Notes under the pieces: generated by a model
What the model was told of the DNA's origin: nothing
Seen by the model: the letters and a program-made list of their open reading frames with translations, nothing else
The model's database searches: none
Part shown: in pieces, positions 6,934-13,968 of the stretch
Numbering within the stretch: position 1 is the stretch's first letter
Layout of the letters: each line of letters starts with the position of its first letter
Origin: Vulcanimicrobiota bacterium
GTDB lineage: Bacteria; Vulcanimicrobiota; Vulcanimicrobiia; Vulcanimicrobiales; Vulcanimicrobiaceae
DNA: 13,968 bases
Direction of reading: 5' to 3'
Assembly: GCA_003133025.1 (NCBI GenBank)
Contig: PKZK01000076.1
Span: 1-13,968 of the forward strand
Made by a program: the position numbers and the translations under genes

Positions 6934-7820
6934 TCGCCGCCGCCGAACTTCCGGCTCCGGCAGCCGACGCGGTACCCGGCCGCCGGCGCTTCATCGCGTT
7001 GCTGGCGACGCCCGCGACGCTCGCCGGCGGCCTGATCGTCGCGCTCGTCGTCATCTGCGCGCTCTTCGCGCCGTGGCTCGCGCCGCACGATCCCAACGCG
7101 CAGAACCTCGCGGAGGCGGCCAAACCGCCGGCCTGGCTCGGCGGCTCGACGGCGTATCTCCTGGGCACCGATCACTTGGGTCGCGACATCCTCTCGCGCA
7201 CGATCTGGGGCGCGCGCGTGGCCGCGATCGTGGGCTTTTCCGTGGTGCTGATCGGCTGTTCGATCGGCGTGTCGTTGGGCATGATCGCGGGTTACGTGGG
7301 CGGCCTGCTCGACGATCTCATCGCGCGCGTCGCCGACGTGCAGTTGGCCTTTCCGTTCATCCTGCTCGCGATCGCGGTGGTGGGCGTGCTCGGGCCCTCG
7401 CTCTGGACCGTGATTCTCACGCTCGGCGTGACCAGTTGGGTGCAGTACGTGCGCATCGTGCGCGCCGAGACGCTCTCGCTGCGCGATCGCGACTTCGTGC
7501 AGGCGGCAATCGCCGGCGGCGCGTCGCGCGCGCGCATTCTGATGCGCCACATCTTGCCCAACATCGCCTCGCCGATCACGGTGCTGGCTACCTTTGAAGT
7601 GGCGCGCACGGTGATCTTGGAGAGCGCGCTCTCCTACCTCGGCCTGGGCGTGCCCGCGACGGTGCCCACCTGGGGTACGATGCTCGCCGACGGCCGCCAA
7701 TATCTGGACACGGCGTGGTGGATGGGCACGTTTCCGGGCCTCGCCGTCTCGCTGACCGTGCTCGGCATCAACCTCTTCGGCGACGGTTTGCGCGACGCAC
7801 TCGACCCGCGCTCGCGCTAG
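6930..7820 (+). CDS. ABC transporter permease, DppC/OppC-like
   Basis: The ATG overlaps the upstream TGA (ATGA at 6930-6933). 296 aa. LGTDHLGRDILSR, AFPFILLA, DFVQAAIAGGA, RHILPN, ESALSYLGLG, PTWGTML, GDGLRDALDPR. Confidence 0.95.
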   Translation: MIAAAELPAPAADAVPGRRRFIALLATPATLAGGLIVALVVICALFAPWLAPHDPNAQNLAEAAKPPAWLGGSTAYLLGTDHLGRDILSRTIWGARVAAIVGFSVVLIGCSIGVSLGMIAGYVGGLLDDLIARVADVQLAFPFILLAIAVVGVLGPSLWTVILTLGVTSWVQYVRIVRAETLSLRDRDFVQAAIAGGASRARILMRHILPNIASPITVLATFEVARTVILESALSYLGLGVPATVPTWGTMLADGRQYLDTAWWMGTFPGLAVSLTVLGINLFGDGLRDALDPRSR

Positions 7821-7832
7821 ACTTCGGCCGCG

Positions 7833-9101
7833 CTACGCGCGCAGAGCGTTCCAGACTTGTTTGGGCGTGGGCAGTTTGCCGTAGAGCAGCATGCCGATCC
7901 GGTACACCTTGCCCGCTACGATGAAGCAGAGCGCGACGAGGAGGCCGTTCTCGACGATCGCGAGCACGATCTGCCACACGGGTACGGCCGAGATCGCAAT
8001 GCGCGTGAACATCACGAAGGGCGAGATGAAGGGCACGAAGCTCGCCACGATCGCAAACGGCGCCTCGGGCTCGATCAAGGCGTATTGGGCGACGAAGAAC
8101 GCACCGACCACGGGCAAGATCACCGGCGTCGTGACCATGCCCAGGTCCTCGGTGCGCGAGATCAACGATGCCGCCGCGGCATACAGCGTCGCGTACTGCA
8201 AATACCCGAAGATGAAGAAGAGCGCGAAGGCGATCAACACGCCCGGCTCGATCAGGTTCGGGCCGGAGGCCATCGCGCCGTTGGTCAACGAATCGCCGGC
8301 GCCCGCGGCGACGATGCCGGAGGGATCGGTGGCGCTCGTGGTCAGTTGCGAGTGCGGCAGCACGAGCACGGCGCCCGCCACCCAAATTGCGATCTGCAGG
8401 ATGGCCAGCGCCGCCGCGGCGAGCGTCTTGCCGGTCAAGAGATTGACCGGTGAGATGGTCGCGACGAGGATCTCGGCGATGCGGCTGGTCTTCTCTTCGG
8501 CCACCGCCGACATCACGCTCTGGCTCGCGATGATGATCGCGAAATACAGCACGAAGACCAAACCGAAGGCGATGCCGCGCGCGAACGTCGCGCTCTTGGC
8601 GTCGGCGAAGCGCTTTTCGAGCGGGTGCAGGCTGCGCTCGATCTTCGCCACGTTCTCGGTTTCCGCAGCCGACGCGCCGGTGGCGAGTTCGACGTTGAGC
8701 GGCACGAGGCTGCGGAATTGCACCTCGTCGAAGACGGCCGCATCCCGCGGGTAGACGTCGAGGTGCAAACGCTTCGCGTGCTCGGAGACGACGACCGCCG
8801 CGGCCGCCTTCTCGTGATCGTCCAGAAAGCCGACGGTCATCGGCTGCGGTAAACGCTCGGCCTGATACACGACGCGGAAGTCGTGGTGCTTCTGCAACAG
8901 CGAAGCCGCCCGCGCGCGCAATGGTTCGGGCCCGGCCAAAACGATCGTGTCGCTCGACGACTTAGCCGCGTGCGTGATGAAGGCCGGGATCAGGACGAGT
9001 GCCACGATGGAGAGCACGCCCGCGAAGGTCGCGATGAGAAAGACGCGCGAGCGCACCTTGCGCATGAATTCGACCGTAAAGACGAGGCCGACTTCGTTCA
9101 T
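7833..9101 (-). CDS. ABC-2 type permease, YhaP/NatB-like
   Basis: 422 aa. One N-terminal TM, a large extracytoplasmic domain, then several TMs. Motifs VAEEKTSRIAEIL, GK, SFVPFISPFVM, KVYRIGMLLYGK. ATGA overlap with the ATPase stop. Confidence 0.9.
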   Translation of the reverse strand: MNEVGLVFTVEFMRKVRSRVFLIATFAGVLSIVALVLIPAFITHAAKSSSDTIVLAGPEPLRARAASLLQKHHDFRVVYQAERLPQPMTVGFLDDHEKAAAAVVVSEHAKRLHLDVYPRDAAVFDEVQFRSLVPLNVELATGASAAETENVAKIERSLHPLEKRFADAKSATFARGIAFGLVFVLYFAIIIASQSVMSAVAEEKTSRIAEILVATISPVNLLTGKTLAAAALAILQIAIWVAGAVLVLPHSQLTTSATDPSGIVAAGAGDSLTNGAMASGPNLIEPGVLIAFALFFIFGYLQYATLYAAAASLISRTEDLGMVTTPVILPVVGAFFVAQYALIEPEAPFAIVASFVPFISPFVMFTRIAISAVPVWQIVLAIVENGLLVALCFIVAGKVYRIGMLLYGKLPTPKQVWNALRA

Positions 9102-10015
9102 GCGGCGCGCCCGTCGGAAGGCGCGGCGTCCAGGGCGCGGACGTAGATTTGATTCAGCGACGGTTCCTCGCGATCGAACGACTCGAGCGGGCCCGCCGCA
9201 ACCGCGGCGCGCAAGAGGCCGCCGAAATCCGTGCTCGCCGCCAACTCATAGCGCAGCGTGCCGTCGGCGTCGTAGTGCGGCTCGCCGAAGCCGCGCTCGG
9301 TGAACACGGCACGAATCTCGGGCAGATCGGGCAGCACGCGCACCGTTCGGGTGGGGAACGTGCGGCGCAGTTCGGCCAGCGTGCCGGAGGCGCGCACTTC
9401 GCCGGCGCCGATGATGCAGAAGCTGTTGCAGGCGTACTCGATCTGCCACATTTGGTGGCTCGAGAGCACGAAGGTGGTGCCCTCGTCGCGCAACAGGGTG
9501 ATGCAGTCGAGCATGATCTGCGCATTGACCGGATCGAGTCCGGAGAACGGCTCGTCGAGCACCAGCAATTCCGGTTCGTGCAGCACGGCGCAGGCCAACT
9601 GCACCTTCTGCTGATTGCCCTTCGAAAGCTCGCCGCTGGGGCGCTTGGCATACTGCTCGATATCGAGGCGCGCGAGCCACACGTCGGCACGTTTGAGCGC
9701 GTCGAACTCTTGCATCCCGTGCAAGCGGCCGAAATAGGCGATTTGTTCCCGAACCTTCATCTTGGCGTAGAGGCCGCGTTCCTCGGGCAAATAGCCGAAG
9801 CGCTTGCGCACGATGCGGTCGATCGGCTTGCCGTTCCAGGTGACGCTGCCGGAGTCGGGCGGATAGATGCCCAGGATCATCCGCATCGTCGTGGTCTTGC
9901 CCGCCCCGTTGGGCCCGAGCAGGCCGACGACCCCGCCCCGCTCGCACTGGAAGCTGACGTTCCGCACGGCCGCAACCGGCCCAAACGAACGCTGAACACG
10001 ATCGACGACGAGCAT
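9098..10015 (-). CDS. ABC-2 type ATP-binding protein, YhaQ/NatA-like
   Basis: 305 aa. Walker A GPNGAGKTT, GYLPEERGLY, signature LSKGNQQK, Walker B LLVLDEPFSGLD, H-loop SSH, C-terminal EPSLNQIY. SD GGGAGG upstream. Confidence 0.95.
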   Translation of the reverse strand: MLVVDRVQRSFGPVAAVRNVSFQCERGGVVGLLGPNGAGKTTTMRMILGIYPPDSGSVTWNGKPIDRIVRKRFGYLPEERGLYAKMKVREQIAYFGRLHGMQEFDALKRADVWLARLDIEQYAKRPSGELSKGNQQKVQLACAVLHEPELLVLDEPFSGLDPVNAQIMLDCITLLRDEGTTFVLSSHQMWQIEYACNSFCIIGAGEVRASGTLAELRRTFPTRTVRVLPDLPEIRAVFTERGFGEPHYDADGTLRYELAASTDFGGLLRAAVAAGPLESFDREEPSLNQIYVRALDAAPSDGRAA

Positions 10016-10049
10016 ATTCCTCCCTGCTATCGACTCGTGCGTCCTGAGT

Positions 10050-10074
10050 TTCGGTCGCCGCCAGGACCGGCCTG
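10050..10074 (-). promoter_or_regulatory. Putative promoter of the ABC-2 operon (CAGG-N17-CGAA)
   Basis: Minus strand reads GCAGGCCGGTCCTGGCGGCGACCGAAAC, ending 34 nt above the ATG at 10015. It matches the recurring motif. Confidence 0.4.
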
Positions 10075-10097
10075 CGCACGCGGTATAGGACGACGCA

Positions 10098-11693
10098 ATG
10101 AACGTCTCCGGTCACTCCTTGCGCGCGACCGCGCGCTCGACGCGCGGCATGGTCGCCTCGCCCCACGCGCTCGCGACCGCGGCGGGCGTCGACGTGCTGC
10201 GCCGCGGGGGCAACGCCGTCGACGCGGCGATCGCGGCCAATGCCGTGTTGACGGTCGTCTATCCCGCCAGTTGCGGCATCGGCGGCGACGCGCTCTGGCT
10301 CGTGTACGAGCCGAAGACGGGTGAGGTCGTCGCCTACAATGGCAGCGGCGGCGCCGCGGCGGCGCTCGATGCCGCGCATCTGCGCGGCGAGGGACTGCGC
10401 GAGATGCCCGTGCGCGGCGCGTATGCCGTTACCGTTCCGGGTGCGGTTCGTTCGTGGGAAGACGTCGCGGCTCGCCACGGCACGCGCGGGCTCGACGAAC
10501 TGCTCGCGCCCGCCGAAGCCTACGCGCGCGACGGCTTCGCCGTCACCGGCGTCGTCGCCGACTACTTCGCGCTCAACGAAGCGCTCTTGCGCGCCGACGA
10601 CGGCGCGAGCGAACTCTTCTTGCGCGGCGGCCTGCCGCGCGCGGGCGACGTGCTGCGCAACGAGCCGCTGGCGCGCGTTCTGGGTGCCATCCGCGCGAGC
10701 GGGGCGAGCGCGTTTTACCAAGGGCGTGTTGCAGAAGCGATCGCGGACACGCTGGCCGCGCTGGGCAACCCGATGACCGTCGAAGATCTGGCGCGCCACC
10801 GCACGGAGGTTGCGGAGCCGCTCGCGATCGACTGGCACGGCGCGCGGGTGTACGCGCATCCGCCGAACTCGCAAGCGTCGGTGGCGTTGATGGTGCTCGG
10901 CGCCCTCGCCGGCGACGGTGCGGCAGGCGATGTGGAGTGGACGCATCTCGCCATCGAGGCGATCAAATCGGCCTTCGACCTGCGCGACGCGCGCTTCGCC
11001 GACCCGCGCTTCATGCGCGACGATCCGGCGAGGTGGCTTACGCCCGAGGCGCTTGCGGCGATGCGCGCCGCGATCGATCCGCAGCACGCGCGGGCGCGGC
11101 GCGCGGCGGCGGATCGCGGCGGCACGATTGCGGTGGTCGCCGTGGATGCCGAGGGTCGCGCGGTCTCGCTGATCGAGAGCCTCTACATGAACTTCGGTTC
11201 GGGCATCACGGCACGAGGGACGGGCATCTTCCTGCACAATCGGGGCGCCTACTTCACGCTCGAGCCGGGCCATCCGAACGAGTTGGCCGGCGGCAAACGG
11301 CCGCTGCACACGCTCTCGCCCGCGATGCTCTTGCGCGACGGCTTGCCCGAATTCGTGTACGGCACGATGGGCGGAGACGGCCAGCCGCAGACGCACGTGC
11401 AGTTGCTGCACAACGTCTACGAGCGTGGCATGGACGTGCAGGACGCGATCGACGCGCCGCGGTTCGTGTACGGGCGCGATGCGGATTCGGCGTACGCCGA
11501 TACGGTCAAGGTAGAGTCGCGCCTCCCGCACGCAATCGTCGCCGGCTTGCGGGAGCGCGGACATACGGTCGAGGTGCTGGCGCCCTTCGCGAGCATGCTC
11601 GGACACGGCCACGCGATTGCGATCGATCGCGGACGCGGCTCGCTTGCCGGAGGCAGCGACCCGCGCGCCGATTCGCTGGCGCTGGGGCTCTAG
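10098..11693 (+). CDS. Gamma-glutamyltransferase-family Ntn-hydrolase, cytoplasmic YwrD/HpxW-like subgroup
   Basis: 531 aa with no signal peptide. GGNAVDAAIA, CGIGGD, VTVPG, PPNSQ, nucleophile Thr343 (GG|TIAVVAVD), FGSG, LHNRG, GKRPLHTL, GTMGGDGQPQ, GGSDPRAD. Confidence 0.92.
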   Translation: MNVSGHSLRATARSTRGMVASPHALATAAGVDVLRRGGNAVDAAIAANAVLTVVYPASCGIGGDALWLVYEPKTGEVVAYNGSGGAAAALDAAHLRGEGLREMPVRGAYAVTVPGAVRSWEDVAARHGTRGLDELLAPAEAYARDGFAVTGVVADYFALNEALLRADDGASELFLRGGLPRAGDVLRNEPLARVLGAIRASGASAFYQGRVAEAIADTLAALGNPMTVEDLARHRTEVAEPLAIDWHGARVYAHPPNSQASVALMVLGALAGDGAAGDVEWTHLAIEAIKSAFDLRDARFADPRFMRDDPARWLTPEALAAMRAAIDPQHARARRAAADRGGTIAVVAVDAEGRAVSLIESLYMNFGSGITARGTGIFLHNRGAYFTLEPGHPNELAGGKRPLHTLSPAMLLRDGLPEFVYGTMGGDGQPQTHVQLLHNVYERGMDVQDAIDAPRFVYGRDADSAYADTVKVESRLPHAIVAGLRERGHTVEVLAPFASMLGHGHAIAIDRGRGSLAGGSDPRADSLALGL

Positions 11694-11701
11694 ACGCGCG
11701 C

Positions 11702-12262
11702 TTGGACGAGCCGAAGAATTGGGGCGCGACCGAAGCCGAACGTGCGGCTCGGTATCCGTGCGACGAACTGGGCTTCCGTCCCGACGACGTCTTCTTTCGC
11801 GCGATCGACATCGCCGCGCCGGCGCCGCTCGTCTTCCGCTGGCTGTGCCAACTGCGCGTCGCGCCGTACAGCTACGATTGGCTCGACAACTTCGGCCGGC
11901 GCAGCCCGCCGAAGTTGACGCCCGGCGCCGAGCGTCTGGCGGTGGGACAGAGCATGATGCACATCTTCAGCCTGCACGGCTACGAACCCGACGCAACGCT
12001 GACGCTCGCGCTCAAGAACGGCTTCCCGCACTGGATCATGGGCGATTTCGCGGGGAGTTATCGCATCGTTCCCAGCGCCGGCGGCGTGCGGCTCGTGGCC
12101 AAGATCCTCGTTGCCTACCCGCGCGGACCTTACGGTGCGCTGCTTCGCCGGCGCATGCCCGCGATCGATCTCTTCATGTTCAAGAAGCAGCTCGAAACGC
12201 TCAAGCTCTACATCGAACGCGACGCGGCGCGCGAGAATTCGCTCAGCGAATCGAGATCGTGA
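11702..12262 (+). CDS. Conserved hypothetical protein, SRPBCC/START-like
   Basis: C-terminal 186 aa of ORF 10454..12262, starting at TTG 8 nt after the GGT stop: WGATEAERAARYPCD...RAIDIAAPAPLVFRWLCQLRVAPYSYDWLDN. The IxAPxxxVxxWL and YSYDWLDN pattern is typical of this family. Confidence 0.75.
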   Translation: MDEPKNWGATEAERAARYPCDELGFRPDDVFFRAIDIAAPAPLVFRWLCQLRVAPYSYDWLDNFGRRSPPKLTPGAERLAVGQSMMHIFSLHGYEPDATLTLALKNGFPHWIMGDFAGSYRIVPSAGGVRLVAKILVAYPRGPYGALLRRRMPAIDLFMFKKQLETLKLYIERDAARENSLSESRS

Positions 12263-13076
12263 GCGCGTAGGGTTCGAGGGTTTCGTCGCCCCCGTCGATG
12301 GTGATGCTGTACTCGCCGCTCGCGGGGAGCTTGCCGCTCCAATGCGCGTCGGCTTGCGCGACCAGCGCCTCGCCGCGATAGAGCGCGAAGCCGCCGAGGC
12401 GCTTGCCGTTGGGCGAGCGCAGCGCGAGGCTCATCGTCTGGCCCGCGTTCGCGTGCAACGTGTAGGTGTCGCCGAAGCCTTGCGCAGCTTTTCCGCTCAC
12501 CGTTGCCGAGGATGCGTTGGCGGCGAACGCGACGGGAAGCGACATGGGCTTCACCGTGCCCGAGCGCGCGTCGACGCGTTCCGAGCGCACGACGGCGTAG
12601 GTCGAGCCGTTCCAGCGATAGATCGAGCGGTCCGAGACGGCCGCGCTGTCGTGGCTGGTGAGCACGGCCGACCCGTCGGGCAGTATCTTGGATTCGATCG
12701 TCCAGCCCGACAAGACGGTACGGTACGCGCCGCCTTTCTGCGCGAGCACCACCACCGTCGGACAATTCTGCGCGGCGCAGACGCATTGGGTCACGCCCGT
12801 AGCCACGGTCAGGTGTTCGCCGCTCTTCAAGGTGACGTTCTTCAGTTCGAACGAGTTCGCAACGAAAGCCGACTTCGAGAGCTTGGATTTCGCGGCGCAA
12901 TCGGCGAGCTGGGTATCCTCGAGGATCGGCGCCGCCATAGCCGCCGGCACCGCAGCCGAAGCCGTCGCCGCAACGGGCGAGCCGGCGAGGCTCAACGCCA
13001 GGATCAGGCGCACGTCAAAGCCGCGCGAGCGGGACGCGGGCAAAGTTCGGTTCGATGCTGTCGACGAGTTTCTCAT
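12243..13076 (-). CDS. Secreted two-domain protein: Cys-containing N-domain plus PliG/PPC-like beta-sandwich C-domain
   Basis: ATG 13076 has SD AAGGAG upstream. Signal-like RLILALSLAGSPVAATASA. CVCAAQNC, YRWNGSTY. C-terminal VAFAANASSATVSG..DTYTLHANAGQ..LPASGEY..YALTISIR. 277 aa, overlapping the convergent gene by 20 bp. Confidence 0.75.
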   Translation of the reverse strand: MRNSSTASNRTLPASRSRGFDVRLILALSLAGSPVAATASAAVPAAMAAPILEDTQLADCAAKSKLSKSAFVANSFELKNVTLKSGEHLTVATGVTQCVCAAQNCPTVVVLAQKGGAYRTVLSGWTIESKILPDGSAVLTSHDSAAVSDRSIYRWNGSTYAVVRSERVDARSGTVKPMSLPVAFAANASSATVSGKAAQGFGDTYTLHANAGQTMSLALRSPNGKRLGGFALYRGEALVAQADAHWSGKLPASGEYSITIDGGDETLEPYALTISIR

Positions 13077-13108
13077 CGGTACGCTCTCCTTCACCTAGGG
13101 CCTAGCGA

Positions 13109-13133
13109 TTCGAATCTTTTCAACGGTCTCCCG
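13109..13133 (-). promoter_or_regulatory. Putative promoter of the secreted-protein gene (CGGG-N17-CGAA(T))
   Basis: Minus strand reads GCGGGAGACCGTTGAAAAGATTCGAAT. The -10 part lies inside the perfect palindrome GATTCGAATC (13107-13116). Confidence 0.35.
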
Positions 13134-13319
13134 CACGACGATGCCGGCCCGTGCCGGCGATGCGGCGGCCCGTCGCGCCGCCGGCCGTCAGGGCCAACTC
13201 GGCCCGCGGGAAATAGCGCGTATTGCAGATGAAGTCGTACATCGGGGAGAGCCGGGCGTCCCGTCCGTGGCATGGACGATGGTCGGTTCGACGTGACGCA
13301 GGTCGGGTAAGTTATCGGG

Positions 13320-13361
13320 ACTCTATATGTTTACGAATCAGCAGAAGTAAACAGATAGAGT
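13320..13361. repeat. AT-rich inverted repeat, 15-bp arms (14/15 match), 12-bp spacer
   Basis: ACTCTATATGTTTAC-gaatcagcagaa-GTAAACAGATAGAGT read directly from the sequence. Confidence 0.85.
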
Positions 13362-13365
13362 ATGC

Positions 13366-13539
13366 TCATTCCCGGCTCGCGACCGCCAGGGTTGCGACCA
13401 AGACTCCGGTCAGGGTAGCGGCCACCAGTCGTTGATCGTAGCCGAAGTGGACGCCGAGGGCCGCGAGGGTCAAGGCCAGCGCAATGCCCACGGGCGCGAT
13501 GCGCGAGTCGCCGGCGAAGAAGCGCCAGAGTGCGAGCAC
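13366..13539 (-). CDS. Small two-TM membrane protein (57 aa) following the COG4280-like gene
   Basis: GTG 1 nt after the upstream TGA. MLALWRFFAGDSRIAPVGIALALTLAALGVHFGYDQRLVAATLTGVLVATLAVASRE has two hydrophobic helices and a WxFxxGDxR motif. Confidence 0.65.
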   Translation of the reverse strand: MLALWRFFAGDSRIAPVGIALALTLAALGVHFGYDQRLVAATLTGVLVATLAVASRE

Positions 13540-13540
13540 G

Positions 13541-13968
13541 TCAGGCGCTCGCGCTCGCGGCCCGCGACGAGGCACGCAGCGCGTAGCTGCAGACCAGGGC
13601 CGCAAGCGCGTAGAGGGCGGCCAGGTAGACGATGGCCAGATCGTCGCGCCACCACGCGAGACCCAAACCTTCGCCGCTCCAGAACGTACCGTAGCTGACC
13701 AGCATCACGCCGACTGCGAAGCCGAGCGCGTTCTCCGGCACGCGCGCGAGGGGTGCGCGCAGCGCCGCGCCCGCGGCCACCACGAGCGCGATCGCCGCGA
13801 AGGCGCCGAGTGCCGCGGGCAGCAATCCGCCCGCGGCCGAGCCGCCCACGGTCACCACCACGATCGCTATTTCCAAGAGTTCGAGCGTGACCGATTTGAA
13901 CGCGGTCAACAGCGCGCCGCGTTGGCCCGCCTGGTGCGCCGCGCCGAGCGACGCGACGTTGCGCGCGA
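13541..13968 (-). CDS. COG4280-like membrane protein (putative metal permease with ExxE motif), 5' end outside window
   Basis: The frame stays open beyond the ORF-track start (13909) to the window edge. AFKSVTLELLEIAIVV, PLARVPENALGFAVGVML, GTFWSGEGLG match the COG4280 pattern as I recall it. Confidence 0.75.
   Translation of the reverse strand, partial: ARNVASLGAAHQAGQRGALLTAFKSVTLELLEIAIVVVTVGGSAAGGLLPAALGAFAAIALVVAAGAALRAPLARVPENALGFAVGVMLVSYGTFWSGEGLGLAWWRDDLAIVYLAALYALAALVCSYALRASSRAASASA

Noticed and set aside
9246..11612. 788-aa minus-strand ORF
   Set aside because: Arg/Ala-rich shadow frame, antisense to the GGT-family gene and out of frame over the ABC ATPase. It has no recognisable motifs, and such ORFs are expected at high GC.
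10454..11701. N-terminal 416 codons of the 602-aa ORF 10454..12262 (possible overlap or frameshift fusion with GGT)
   Set aside because: Low-complexity Arg-rich alternative frame. The GGT gene is intact with its normal C-terminus, and protein-like sequence begins only near TTG 11702.
13091..13273. 60-aa ORF as a leader peptide for the secreted protein
   Set aside because: No SD or telling codon pattern, and it overlaps the putative promoter and GC-rich hairpins.
13320..13361. Integron attC site or CRISPR repeat
   Set aside because: It lacks the RYYYAAC/GTTRRRY ends, is single-copy, and has no spacer array, integrase or cas gene nearby.

Overview
GC-rich bacterial chromosomal window, densely coding and dominated by membrane transport. 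The gene style would fit a Terrabacteria lineage such as Eremiobacterota, but that is inference only. Minus strand, right to left: crcB/fluC fluoride channel, then an apparently translationally coupled run of OFA-family MFS transporter, DUF2079-type membrane protein and FUSC-family protein (cut by the window edge). Divergent from crcB is a peptide/nickel-family ABC importer (SBP + two permeases, no ATPase), which converges on a YhaQ/YhaP(NatAB)-like ABC-2 pair. Next come a cytoplasmic YwrD/HpxW-type gamma-glutamyltransferase-family amidohydrolase with an SRPBCC-like partner, a secreted protein with a PliG/PPC-like C-terminal domain, and the end of a COG4280-like operon with its small membrane partner. 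I see no mobile element, CRISPR, tRNA or rRNA. The most interesting signals are non-coding: (1) a structured, switch-like leader before crcB with fluoride-riboswitch-like landmarks but without the canonical pairings; (2) a recurring sigmaH-like promoter signature, [CA][AG]GG-N17/18-[CA][CG]AA, in front of 5 of 6 transcription units; (3) a probable CTG start in a CTGA stop/start overlap; (4) an AT-rich 15-bp inverted repeat at 13320-13361.
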